Notes: generated by a model not told the origin, from the letters alone. A stretch of DNA of 21,221 nucleotides from Vulcanimicrobiaceae bacterium (GCA_046262595.1 JBHEMM010000029.1:12144-33364), one strand, 5' to 3'. Counted from the stretch's first letter, positions 8,220-17,418 are shown. Translations and numbers: made by a program.

Positions 8220-9404
8220 CTAGTGCAAATACGCTGCAGGGTCGGTCGGTTTTCCGCTCAGACGAACCTCAAAGTGCAAATGAGGACCCGTCGACATTCC
8301 GGTCGACCCCACGGCGCCAATGGCTTGGCCCTTCTGCACTTGTTGGCCCGCAGCCACGAAAATCTGCGAGAGGTGACCGTAACCGGTTGCCATGCCGCTG
8401 CCGTGATCGATCAGAATGTAGTTGCCGTAGCCGCCGTACCAGCCCGCGGAAATGATCGTTCCGGCCGCCGCCGCCGTGACCGTTGTGCCCATCGGCGCCG
8501 CGATGTCGAGCCCCTGGTGGAACTCCATGCCGCCGCCGAACGGGCTGCGGCGGTAACCGAACGGCGAGGTAATTGTGCCTGACACCGGCCAAATGAGCAC
8601 GCCCGGCGCGCTCGTGCTTTGGCCGACGATGCCCGCCGCGCGGCGCGCCGCTTCGCGCTCCGCCTCCAACTCCCGTTGGCGTTCGACCACTAACGCTTCG
8701 AGCTGCGCTTCCTGCGCGGTGTCGAGGTCTTCGATTTGGGCGACCTGGCCCGCGATATGCCGGCGCTGATCGTCGGCGAGCGCCACAAGATTCGCCCGCT
8801 CGGTTGCAAGCGTATCCAGCTGATTTCGCGCGCGCTGCTGCGCTTGTTCTTGCGCCGTGAGCGCTGTCTGCGTCGCCTGCAGGCCCGCTTGCGCCGAAGC
8901 CACCTTGAGCGCCGCCGCGCGCCGTTCTTTGACAGCGCGCTGATCCGCAGCGATAAGCAGACGCAGGTCCTGCCAGCGTTCGACGAAGTCGGCGAACGAC
9001 TTTGATGCCAGCAGAACGGAGAGATACCCGACGTCGCCATGCTCATAGGCATCCACCAAACGGTGTTTGAGCAGCGTGTCGTGCAATTGAAGCGTCTTGC
9101 GCGCCGCCTGCAGCTGCAGGCCGTTCCACCATAACTTATGCTGCATGCTGTTCTGCAGTTCTTGCAGGTCGCCCAAACGCAGATTGACCGACGAAATTGC
9201 CGCGCTCGTTTGCGCGAGCTGCTGCTGCAGATCGCCCACGTGAACCGTAGCTGCGTGCAACTCCCCGCGTTTGCGCTGCAGCTGATCCTGCAGCGCTTGC
9301 GTCTTGGCACGCTGCGCTTGAATGCGCGCGTTCAAGTCGGGCGTGTGGACCGCTGCCGGAAGCAGAGCAAGCAGCGCGATCGCTGCCAGCGCTTTACGAA
9401 TCAT
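8220..9404 (-). CDS. Exported coiled-coil + M23 (LytM) peptidoglycan endopeptidase, EnvC/CwlO-like FtsEX partner
   Basis: Signal peptide, long Gln/Ala/Leu coiled coil, M23 domain WPVSG...HQGLD...GYGNY...YGHLS...STGPHLHFEV with intact HxxxD and HxH zinc motifs. Confidence 0.92.
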   Translation of the reverse strand: MIRKALAAIALLALLPAAVHTPDLNARIQAQRAKTQALQDQLQRKRGELHAATVHVGDLQQQLAQTSAAISSVNLRLGDLQELQNSMQHKLWWNGLQLQAARKTLQLHDTLLKHRLVDAYEHGDVGYLSVLLASKSFADFVERWQDLRLLIAADQRAVKERRAAALKVASAQAGLQATQTALTAQEQAQQRARNQLDTLATERANLVALADDQRRHIAGQVAQIEDLDTAQEAQLEALVVERQRELEAEREAARRAAGIVGQSTSAPGVLIWPVSGTITSPFGYRRSPFGGGMEFHQGLDIAAPMGTTVTAAAAGTIISAGWYGGYGNYILIDHGSGMATGYGHLSQIFVAAGQQVQKGQAIGAVGSTGMSTGPHLHFEVRLSGKPTDPAAYLH

Positions 9405-10351
9405 TTGCGCCGTTTGTCCTTGACGTACACCGATCCGCCGATCGACTTTGCATACCGTTTTAGTTCCGCGGCAGCCTCGCCGATCTCTGCGTAGTTGCGC
9501 AGCGGCCGGCGGTCCGTGCCGATGATCGCGATCGAGAGCGACATGATGGGAAAGCGGTTGAGGGCGCCCCGCCGGTCGCGCGTTTCGATGTAGCCTTGCC
9601 GCAGGTCTTGAGGGTTGTACAGTTTTCGGATATCGCGGTCGAACATGTCGATAATCTCGCGCGCTATCTCCTCGCTGCGCTCGGGCAGCGTGACCACCAG
9701 AAAGTCGTCGCCGCCGATATGTCCCACAAAATCGAGCGCCGTGCCGCGCCGCCGCACGACCTCGACGGAAGTAGCGGCGATCAATTGGATTGCTTCGTCG
9801 CCGTGCGTGAAACCGTAGACGTCGTTGAACGCTTTGAAGTTGTCCAAATCCAAATACAGCACGGCGAACTGCTCCTGCGTCTCGATGCGCCGGCGCAATT
9901 CTGCTTCAATCGCCAAGTTACCGGGCAAGCGCGTGAGCGGCGAGAGAGAGGAATCGACCTCGACGCGCCGGATCTTCGCTTTGACGCGCGCGAGCAGCTC
10001 TTGCGGACCGAACGGTTTGGTGATGTAATCGTCGACGCCCGCTTCGAACCCCGCTAGTTTATCCTCGACCTCACCTTTGGCGGTGAGCATGATGATCGGG
10101 ACGTGGGTATTGGCCGGATGGCGACGGATCAGCTTCGCCGTTTCGACGCCGTCCATGACCGGCATCATGACGTCCAGCACGACCAGATCCGGCTGCATCG
10201 CATCGAGCACGTCGAGCGCTTCTTTTCCATTTGCGGCCGTGACGACGTCGTAGCCGGCAAGTTCGAGATTCGTTTGAATGATTTTTCGCAGATTGCGGTC
10301 GTCGTCGACCACGAGGATGCGCTTCCCCTCCGTGTCTTCGTGCCGCTTCAA
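9401..10351 (-). CDS. Response regulator with receiver + GGDEF (GGDDF) diguanylate cyclase domain
   Basis: REC: VVDDD, LDVMMP phospho-Asp, MLTA, ITKPF. GGDEF: SPLTRLPGN, DLDNFKAFNDVYG, GHIGGDDF. The TTG start overlaps the kinase stop (TTGA) and the stop overlaps the M23 start (ATGA). Confidence 0.93.
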   Translation of the reverse strand: MKRHEDTEGKRILVVDDDRNLRKIIQTNLELAGYDVVTAANGKEALDVLDAMQPDLVVLDVMMPVMDGVETAKLIRRHPANTHVPIIMLTAKGEVEDKLAGFEAGVDDYITKPFGPQELLARVKAKIRRVEVDSSLSPLTRLPGNLAIEAELRRRIETQEQFAVLYLDLDNFKAFNDVYGFTHGDEAIQLIAATSVEVVRRRGTALDFVGHIGGDDFLVVTLPERSEEIAREIIDMFDRDIRKLYNPQDLRQGYIETRDRRGALNRFPIMSLSIAIIGTDRRPLRNYAEIGEAAAELKRYAKSIGGSVYVKDKRRK

Positions 10352-11343
10352 CGCAGGGGCAGCGACAGCGTAAACACCGTCCCTTTTCCGGGAGCGCTGC
10401 GAACGTCGATCGATCCGCCGTGCGCCCGGACGATCGCGCTTACGATATACAGGCCCAAGCCGCTGCCCGCCGCGCCGGCCGACGCGTCGGAGCGCGCGCG
10501 GAAGAAACGGTCGTAGATGAACGGCAGGTCGTCGGCTTCGATGCCGATGCCGCGGTCTTCGATCTCGATGCGCGTGGCGTGCCGGTCTTGTGCCGCGCGG
10601 ATCACGATTGCGCCGCCCGAAGGCGAATATTTGATGGCGTTTTCGATCAAGTTGCGGAAGACGTCACGCAGCCTTTCGGGATCGCCGGAAAGCTCGACGT
10701 CGCCGAGATCAGACACGATTGGGTGCACCGCCGGATTGTACGCGATGCCGAGCAGCGCCTGATCGACGACGCTTATCGCGCGTACGCGCGCCCGGCGCCG
10801 CAATAGATGGTCGCTCTCGACCCGGGTGATCAGCAGCATGTCGTCCACCACACGCGCAAGACGGTCGGCTTGATCTTCCACCACTCCCAAAAACTCTTCG
10901 CGGTGCGTTTCATAGATGTTGGGATGTTCGCGCAACGTGGCGGTGTACGCTTTGATCGCCGCGAGCGGCGTTTTCAGCTCGTGCGAAACCGTTGCGACCA
11001 GTTCGTTTTTGAGCTGCTCGATTTCATCCACGCGCGTCGCGGGGGCGAACACCAGCAGCCCTTCGTAGAACCGCGTCTTCGCCGGAACCGCGCAGCCCAG
11101 CGTGTCACGGAAAACGACGTTCGCTGCGTCATCGAGCGGGTTCTCGGCGTTCGAGGGGTGCAGCAGCTCGTCGAGCGGAACGCCGGCCACGCTCTCGTGC
11201 GCGAACCCCAGCATGCGGTGCGCGGCGGCGTTGATGGTCTTCACCCGCGTCCCGCTGTCGAGCGTGATGACGCCTTCGCTTACCAGCTCGCAAAGCGCGG
11301 AAAACGAACCTACGTCCGTAAGTAGCGTCCGACCGCTATCCAA
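10348..11343 (-). CDS. Soluble PAS-domain sensor histidine kinase (HisKA/HATPase)
   Basis: PAS-like SEGVITLD...INAAAHRMLG, H-box VSHELKTPL, N-box NLIENAIKY, G-boxes DRGIG and GSGLGL. No transmembrane segment. Start placed at TTG 11343 after GGGAG, inside the ftsX 3' end. Confidence 0.9.
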   Translation of the reverse strand: MDSGRTLLTDVGSFSALCELVSEGVITLDSGTRVKTINAAAHRMLGFAHESVAGVPLDELLHPSNAENPLDDAANVVFRDTLGCAVPAKTRFYEGLLVFAPATRVDEIEQLKNELVATVSHELKTPLAAIKAYTATLREHPNIYETHREEFLGVVEDQADRLARVVDDMLLITRVESDHLLRRRARVRAISVVDQALLGIAYNPAVHPIVSDLGDVELSGDPERLRDVFRNLIENAIKYSPSGGAIVIRAAQDRHATRIEIEDRGIGIEADDLPFIYDRFFRARSDASAGAAGSGLGLYIVSAIVRAHGGSIDVRSAPGKGTVFTLSLPLR

Positions 11344-12191
11344 GAGGCCACCACTCCCACCGCGCCGCCGACGGCGATCAATTCCAGTAAAAGCGTGGTG
11401 ACATCCACGTTCACGGCGCTGCCCTGCATCCACGCGGGCGCCAGCGCCAGTTCGCGGAAAAATGCGCCGCGCGCGAGCGCGAGCAGCCCGATCGCAAGCA
11501 GCGCGCCCATAATTCCGGCAAGCAGCCCTTCGCAGATGAACGGCAGACGGATATAAAAGTTCGTCGCGCCGACGAGCTGCATGATCGAAATTTCGCGCCG
11601 CCGGGCAAAGACGGTCAGACGGATCGTGTTGGAAATGATGATCCCGGCCGTGAGAACGAACAGCGCGATGACCGCGATGCCGATGCGGCGCGCCGCGGCG
11701 CCCAGCGCGAGCAGCTGGCGGACCGTCTCTTGACCGTAGTCAACTTCTTGCACGCCGGGCAATTTTTGAAGCGACTTTGCGACGGCGGTGAGCTGCTGCG
11801 GATCGCGCACGTGCACGCGAAATTTGTCGGGAAGCGGGTTTTCGACGAGCGTGGACGTGTCGATTTTTCCGCGCAGGCGCGCGCGCAGTTCCGCTAAGCC
11901 TTGTTTCTTGGGAACGAATGAGGCGTCCAGGATGCGCTTGTCTTTCGCGAGCGCTGTTCGTAGCGCGTCCACCTGCGCTTGCGTTGCTTCGTTCGAGGTG
12001 TAGACGGAGATCGAGATTTGGCTGAGCATGTCGCTGCCGGCGTGCGCCATCGCGGCGCGCACGTAAAGAAAGGCGCCGAGCAGCACGATCGTAACCGTGA
12101 CGGTGCCGATTGCGGTGATCTGCATACCGGCGTTGCGCGTGAAGCTGCGGGCGACCTCACCCAGAAAGAAGTTTGTCTTGCCCCAGTCCAA
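11310..12191 (-). CDS. ftsX: Cell division ABC transporter permease FtsX
   Basis: Four TM segments, extracellular domain with ENPLPD, signature ISNTIRLTVFARRREISIMQLVGATNFYIRLPFICEG. Directly follows ftsE. Confidence 0.95.
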   Translation of the reverse strand: MDWGKTNFFLGEVARSFTRNAGMQITAIGTVTVTIVLLGAFLYVRAAMAHAGSDMLSQISISVYTSNEATQAQVDALRTALAKDKRILDASFVPKKQGLAELRARLRGKIDTSTLVENPLPDKFRVHVRDPQQLTAVAKSLQKLPGVQEVDYGQETVRQLLALGAAARRIGIAVIALFVLTAGIIISNTIRLTVFARRREISIMQLVGATNFYIRLPFICEGLLAGIMGALLAIGLLALARGAFFRELALAPAWMQGSAVNVDVTTLLLELIAVGGAVGVVASWIAVGRYLRT

Positions 12192-12867
12192 GGAAATAAA
12201 AGCCCCGTTCTTCGTCGGTGGTGATTCGGCCGTTCTCCAAGCGCACGACGCGGCGCCGCATGCGGTCGACGACCGCTTGGTTGTGCGTAGCGACGACGAT
12301 CGTCGTGCCTTTGAGGTTGATGCGCCCGAGCAGTTCCATGATTTCGGTGGTGTTCTGCGGATCTAAATTTCCCGTAGGCTCATCGCACAGGAGCAACTTC
12401 GGGTTGTTGACCAGCGCACGCGCGATAGCGGTGCGCTGCTGCTCTCCTCCGGAGAGTTCGCCGGGGTACATCCGGCTCTTGTGCGAGAGCCCGACCAGCT
12501 CCAGGCAGCGCGGGACCTGGCGCATCACATCTTTCGTGTGCGCGCCGGTAACCTGCAAGGCGAATGCCACGTTCTCCCAGACCGTTTTATCCGTGAGCAA
12601 TTTGAAGTCTTGAAAAACGACGCCGAGATGCCGGCGGAGCGCGGGAATACGACCCCGTCTAAGCCGGTCCACGCGGATGCCGTCGACGGTGATGTGGCCG
12701 GTCGAAGGAATCATCTCGCGATACAACAGGCGAAGAAGGCTGGATTTTCCGGTTCCGGAGTGACCGACAAGAAAAACGAAATCGCCCTTAGCGATCTCGA
12801 GATCGATGCCGTCGATCGCGCGCACGCCGTTCGGATACACGAGTGAAACGCCGCGTAATGAGATCAT
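12157..12867 (-). CDS. ftsE: Cell division ATP-binding protein FtsE
   Basis: Walker A GHSGTGKS, GVVFQDFKLL, LSGGEQQR, Walker B LLCDEPTGNLDP, H-loop ATH. Start trimmed to ATG 12867 (MISLRGV). Confidence 0.96.
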   Translation of the reverse strand: MISLRGVSLVYPNGVRAIDGIDLEIAKGDFVFLVGHSGTGKSSLLRLLYREMIPSTGHITVDGIRVDRLRRGRIPALRRHLGVVFQDFKLLTDKTVWENVAFALQVTGAHTKDVMRQVPRCLELVGLSHKSRMYPGELSGGEQQRTAIARALVNNPKLLLCDEPTGNLDPQNTTEIMELLGRINLKGTTIVVATHNQAVVDRMRRRVVRLENGRITTDEERGFYFLGLGQDKLLSG

Positions 12868-12916
12868 CGGTGCAAGAGGGTTTTTCAAACCTGCGGGGCG
12901 GATACCTTCGCCCATA

Positions 12917-14065
12917 ATGAACTTTGACTTAACCGAAGAACAGAAGGCAATCCGCCAGATGGTTCGCGAGTTTGCGCTGGAGCGCGTCGCGCCGCGGGCG
13001 GAAGAGATGGACCGCGAGGAAGCCTTCCCGTACGACTTGGTCAAAGAAATGGCGGGCTTGGGCTTGATGGGCTTGCCCTTCCCCGAAGAGTTCGGCGGAG
13101 CGGCCGCCGACACGGTGAGCTATGCGCTCGCGGTCATGGAACTGGCGCGCGTGGATGCCTCGACGGCCATCACCATGGCCGCGCATGTTTCGCTGGGTGC
13201 GAGCCCATTTTATCTTTTCGGAACGCGCGAACAAAAGGAAAAATATTTGGTGCCGCTCGCGCAGGGTAAGATGCTCTGGGGCTTCGGCTTAACGGAACCC
13301 GGGGCCGGCAGCGATGCCGGCAACACGCAGACCAAGGCCGTTCTCACGGACGGCACGTGGCTGGTCAACGGCACCAAAGCGTTCATCACCAACAGCGGCA
13401 CGGATATCAGCGGCGGCACCACCATTACCGTCGTAACGGGAACGCGGCCGGACGGCAAGCCGGAGATCAGCAACTTGATCGTCGATCAGCGTACGCCTGG
13501 ATTTTCGCGCAGCAAAAAGTACCGCAAGATGGGCTGGCGCGCATCGGACACGCGCGAGCTTTCGTTCGTGGACGCGCAAGTGCCCGAAGGCAACATGCTG
13601 GGCGCGAGGGGCGACGGACTGAAAAACTTTTTGACGGTCCTGGAGGGCGGCCGCATTTCCGTGGCGGCGCTATCGGTGGGCCTTGCGCGCGGCGCCTACG
13701 ATGAGGCGATGAAATACGCGAAGCAGCGCGTGGCGTTCGGCCGCACGATCAGCAAGTTTCAAGCCATTCAGTTCAAGCTCGTGGACATGCTCATGGAGAT
13801 CGAGCACGCGCAGCTCATGGTTTTACGCGCCGCCTGGGAAAAAGACAACGGACGCGACTTCGGCCAAGCGGCAAGCTTAGCAAAGCTGTATTCCGCGGAA
13901 GTCTCGCGCCGCGTCGTGAACGAAGCGGTGCAGATCCACGGCGGCTATGGCTTTATGGACGAGTACCCCGTTTCGCGCATGTACCGCGATCAAAAGATCA
14001 ACGAAATCGGAGAAGGCACGAACGAGGTGCAGCGCGTCGTCATTGCCCGTATGATGGGGCTTTAA
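12917..14065 (+). CDS. Acyl-CoA dehydrogenase (short/branched-chain-like)
   Basis: MNFDLTEEQ start at ATG 12917, LTEPGAGSD, NGTKAFITN, RVAFG...FQAIQFKL, AVQIHGGYG, IGEGTNEVQR with catalytic Glu. Confidence 0.95.
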   Translation: MNFDLTEEQKAIRQMVREFALERVAPRAEEMDREEAFPYDLVKEMAGLGLMGLPFPEEFGGAAADTVSYALAVMELARVDASTAITMAAHVSLGASPFYLFGTREQKEKYLVPLAQGKMLWGFGLTEPGAGSDAGNTQTKAVLTDGTWLVNGTKAFITNSGTDISGGTTITVVTGTRPDGKPEISNLIVDQRTPGFSRSKKYRKMGWRASDTRELSFVDAQVPEGNMLGARGDGLKNFLTVLEGGRISVAALSVGLARGAYDEAMKYAKQRVAFGRTISKFQAIQFKLVDMLMEIEHAQLMVLRAAWEKDNGRDFGQAASLAKLYSAEVSRRVVNEAVQIHGGYGFMDEYPVSRMYRDQKINEIGEGTNEVQRVVIARMMGL

Positions 14066-14068
14066 CTA

Positions 14069-14794
14069 CTACTTCTGCACCACCGTCGCCCAGCCCGAAT
14101 AGAAGCCGCCGAACTCTTCGGCGAGCGTCGTCAGCGCCGTGCGCATCTCCGTGATTTTGAACGGATCGATCGTATCAAGGCGGCTCGCGCGCACCGCGAT
14201 GACCGGGTTGTTCTCGAGCGCGATCTCGTAGCCGTGATCGGCAACCGCGCGCGCGAAGCCGTCGCGCTTTTCCGGGTCGTCGAACGTTACCGTATGCTCG
14301 ATGGCCCGCACGCGTTCGAACTCGTCGCCCGCCTCGAGCAGCGCCTGCAGCGCCTTCATATCATTGGCAAAGGCGAGTTGGTGCGTATCCGGATACAGAT
14401 ACGAGCTGTAGATCGTCCAAGCGGGATCTTCGGCTGCCAGCGCGCGGTATTTGTACTCCGCGTGGAAATTCATGATTTCATCGACGAGCGCCGCGATATT
14501 ATCCACCGGCGGCCCGTAATAATGAAAGGTACGCATCCCGCGGCCGGTCACGCGGCCAACCTGCACGATGCCGTGGGGAGCAAGCGCAGCGACCAGCTGT
14601 TCCTCGATCGTCTGCAGCGTGCGGTATTCTTGCTCGCCCGTCATGCCGTGCTCGTCCGGCTCGCGCAGCGCCACGGCAACGGTGTACGCCGAGGGCTTGT
14701 CGTCGAGCGGCGCCCGCTCGCGCAGGCCGAGGTCGACCGCCACCGAGATCGGTGCGCCTTCCATGCGGGCGAAGTAGGACGACCAGTCAGCCAT
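14069..14794 (-). CDS. DUF695 + RraB-like domain protein
   Basis: WSSYF N-terminus, GRVTGRG..FHYYG, EDPAWTIY..YLYP, then GD...R.IEH...F and a terminal YSGW typical of RraB-like domains. ATG 14794 follows AAAGGA. Confidence 0.7.
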   Translation of the reverse strand: MADWSSYFARMEGAPISVAVDLGLRERAPLDDKPSAYTVAVALREPDEHGMTGEQEYRTLQTIEEQLVAALAPHGIVQVGRVTGRGMRTFHYYGPPVDNIAALVDEIMNFHAEYKYRALAAEDPAWTIYSSYLYPDTHQLAFANDMKALQALLEAGDEFERVRAIEHTVTFDDPEKRDGFARAVADHGYEIALENNPVIAVRASRLDTIDPFKITEMRTALTTLAEEFGGFYSGWATVVQK

Positions 14795-14859
14795 ACCGGT
14801 CCTTTTCCCCGAAGGCACGGCCGTTCGCTTCCCGGAAATGGAGCTGCGGAGGATTTCTT

Positions 14860-15408
14860 ATGCGACTCACCCCTTTTGCGGCTCTGGCCTTTGCCGCCGC
14901 CCTCACCGCTCCGGCGCACGCGGCCCTCAATACGGGGGCGGTTGCGCCGCCGTTCAAAGCGCCCGCTTCGCTGGGCGGGAAAGAATTTTCGTTCGATCTG
15001 TCCGCCGCGCTCAAAACGGGTCCCGTGGTGCTGTATTTTTATCCGGCCGCCTTCACCAAGGGCTGTACCATCGAAGCGCACGCATTCGCTGCCGCGATGG
15101 ATCAGTTCAAAGCGCTGCATGCCACGGTGATCGGCGTGTCGCACGACGACATCGCGACGTTGGACAAGTTTTCCGTAAGCGAATGCCGCAGCAAGTTCGC
15201 CGTCGCCGCCGATCCCTCGCTGAGCGTGGCCAAGCAGTACGACGCCGTCCTCCCGCAAGCGCCGACGTATGCGAACCGCACGTCATACGTGATCGGGCAG
15301 GATGGAAAAATTCTCTCCGCGCTGACGGACCTGACGCATCCCGAGCAGCACGTGCACAACGCGCTCAGCGTGCTGACCGCCTACGAAAAGGCGCGTAAAG
15401 CGCCCTAA
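14860..15408 (+). CDS. Exported BCP/PrxQ-family peroxiredoxin
   Basis: GGAGG RBS, Sec signal ending in AHA, YFYPAAFTKGCTIEA (PxxxTxxC peroxidatic Cys), second Cys in SECRSKF, RTSYVIG. Confidence 0.9.
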   Translation: MRLTPFAALAFAAALTAPAHAALNTGAVAPPFKAPASLGGKEFSFDLSAALKTGPVVLYFYPAAFTKGCTIEAHAFAAAMDQFKALHATVIGVSHDDIATLDKFSVSECRSKFAVAADPSLSVAKQYDAVLPQAPTYANRTSYVIGQDGKILSALTDLTHPEQHVHNALSVLTAYEKARKAP

Positions 15409-15411
15409 CGT

Positions 15412-16578
15412 CTAGGCGACGGTTTCGTCGGTGAACAATTTGGTCTGATTGGTTCGCGTCTTGCGCGGTTCCGCATCGAGCGCCGTGAGTTCGCGCGGCG
15501 TGATCTCCACTGCGGAAAGTTCCGTGAGGTCGGCGTCGGGCAGCGAGGCGAGCTCTTTAATCTTACGTCCTTGCGGCAGGATGCGCGTCTCCATCGAGCC
15601 GACCGCCTTATTGTACGCATCCGTCGCTTTATGCAGACTCGCGCCGATGTTGGAGAAATGCGCGACGAAGCCGCGCATGCGGTCGTAAAGCACGCGCGCC
15701 GCCTCCGCAATTTGTTTGGCGTTCTCTTCCTGCGCGCGCTGCTGCCATCCCAGCGCGTACGAGCGCAGCAGCGCCATCAGCGTGAGGGGACTCGCGATGT
15801 AGACGTTCTTGCCTGCGCCGTACTCGATCAGATCCGGATTCTCGACGCAGGCTGCGCTCAGGAATGCCTCACCCGGAACGAACATCACGACGAAATCGGC
15901 CGAGCCTTCCGCACGCTGATATTGGCGCTTTGCCAGCACGTCGACGTGAGATTTGAACGCCGCGGCGTGGGTACGGAACTTCTCGCGCCGCAGGCGTTCA
16001 TCTTGTAGGTCGGCCGCGTCCAAATAGGCGTTGAGCGGAACCTTTGCATCCACAAAAATCTTCGCGTTCCCCGGCAGCGCTACCGTCAAATCCGGCCGGC
16101 CGCGATCGCCCTCGCCGACGTCGAACGTTTGCTGCTCGTTGTAATCGCAGTAAGGTTCCATGCCCGCGAGCTCGACGACGCGCCGCAGTTGCACCTCGCC
16201 CCACTTACCGCGCGTGCTCGGATTGCGCAGCGCCGCAGTCAAGTTCGCTGCTGCGGCTTCCATCTTACCGTTGCGTTCGATGAGCCCCGTGATCTGCTCG
16301 CGCAGACCTTCGTATGCGCCGACACGCTCCTTTTCCATCGACTTGACGATCGCGTCGAACTCGTGCAACTTCTGCGCGACCGGCGCAACGACGGAGCTGA
16401 ACCGTTCGTTCGCGAGCGCGAGAAACGTGTCGCGCTGCGATTCCGCGATGCGCGCGTTGGTTTCGTGCAGCTCGTTCTTGAGCCGGTTGCCGACGGCATC
16501 GCGCAGCGCGAGCCACATCCCGGCGGCCCCCGCAAGAATACCGAAGAAAAGCGCCGCGATGATCCATGCCGATATCAT
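15412..16578 (-). CDS. rmuC: DNA recombination protein RmuC
   Basis: N-terminal TM helix, coiled coil, RGKWGEVQL, RPD, VDAKVPL (PD-(D/E)xK-type), DFVVMFVPGE, SPLTL. Confidence 0.92.
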   Translation of the reverse strand: MISAWIIAALFFGILAGAAGMWLALRDAVGNRLKNELHETNARIAESQRDTFLALANERFSSVVAPVAQKLHEFDAIVKSMEKERVGAYEGLREQITGLIERNGKMEAAAANLTAALRNPSTRGKWGEVQLRRVVELAGMEPYCDYNEQQTFDVGEGDRGRPDLTVALPGNAKIFVDAKVPLNAYLDAADLQDERLRREKFRTHAAAFKSHVDVLAKRQYQRAEGSADFVVMFVPGEAFLSAACVENPDLIEYGAGKNVYIASPLTLMALLRSYALGWQQRAQEENAKQIAEAARVLYDRMRGFVAHFSNIGASLHKATDAYNKAVGSMETRILPQGRKIKELASLPDADLTELSAVEITPRELTALDAEPRKTRTNQTKLFTDETVA

Positions 16579-16596
16579 GGCGTGCGTTCTTCGCGT

Positions 16597-17400
16597 CTAC
16601 GCGCGCAAATACTTGGCGAAAAAAGCGATCGTCCGCGCCCAGGCGTCCGCGGCGGCACTGGGCACCCACGATGCGCGCGTGCGATCGAAAAAGCCATGGC
16701 CGGCCGCAGGGTACTCGACGATGTCGTTCGGCACGGTGAGTGCCCCGGCAAACGCGCGCACCTCATCGGCCGGAATGCCTGTATCTTTTTCGCCGTAATT
16801 GCCCGCCACAGGGATGCGGATCTTCGCCGGATCGATTCCGGCAACTTTACCGTACCATGCCGCGACGCCGGAAAAAGCGTGTGCGCTGTTCACCGCTTGG
16901 CGCAGCGCGATGGCGCCGCCCATACAGAAACCGGTAACGCCGACCTTGCTTTGCGGGTGTGCCTGTTTAAGCCATAGCGCCCCGGCGCGCAGATCGCCGT
17001 CCACTTGATTAGGAACGAGCGCCTGCGCGATCGGGATGAATGGCTTGTAATCGCCGCTCGCGTCGCCGTCGGGAGGGTTCTGGCGGGCGTACAGGTCCGG
17101 CGCGATTGCAGCGAATCCGGCCTTGGCAAAGCGCCGCACCGTATCACGGATCGATTCATCGACGCCCCAGATGTGCAGGACGACGACGACGCCGGGTGTC
17201 GCTGCATTTGCGTCCTTCGGCTGAGCCGCATACGCCGGCAGCGCGTAGCCATCGCGCGGTAAATGGACGCGCGAGACGACGATGGAGGGATCGTTTTCGG
17301 GCACTGCTTGCAGGCTTGGCTCCGCGGACGCATTGAGGCGGCCGGCGAGCACTGCGCCGCCGGCTGCGATTCCGACGAATTCATTGCGTTTCAGACTCAT
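16597..17400 (-). CDS. Dienelactone hydrolase family protein with Tat-like signal
   Basis: AAAGGAG RBS before ATG 17400, signal MSLKRNEFVGIAAGGAVLAG, APDLY, nucleophile GFCMGG, YGEKD, AGHGF. Confidence 0.9.
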   Translation of the reverse strand: MSLKRNEFVGIAAGGAVLAGRLNASAEPSLQAVPENDPSIVVSRVHLPRDGYALPAYAAQPKDANAATPGVVVVLHIWGVDESIRDTVRRFAKAGFAAIAPDLYARQNPPDGDASGDYKPFIPIAQALVPNQVDGDLRAGALWLKQAHPQSKVGVTGFCMGGAIALRQAVNSAHAFSGVAAWYGKVAGIDPAKIRIPVAGNYGEKDTGIPADEVRAFAGALTVPNDIVEYPAAGHGFFDRTRASWVPSAAADAWARTIAFFAKYLRA

Positions 17401-17418
17401 GCGCGCTCCTTTTCCGCA

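Noticed and set aside
9401..10351. Hypr-type cGAMP synthase
   Set aside because: The specificity Asp in FTHGD is retained rather than replaced by Ser/Thr.
14234..15130. 298-aa ORF and other long Arg/Ala-rich alternative-frame ORFs (e.g. 4142-4999, 16129-16977, 1503-2312)
   Set aside because: They overlap well-supported genes and have low-complexity, motif-free translations.
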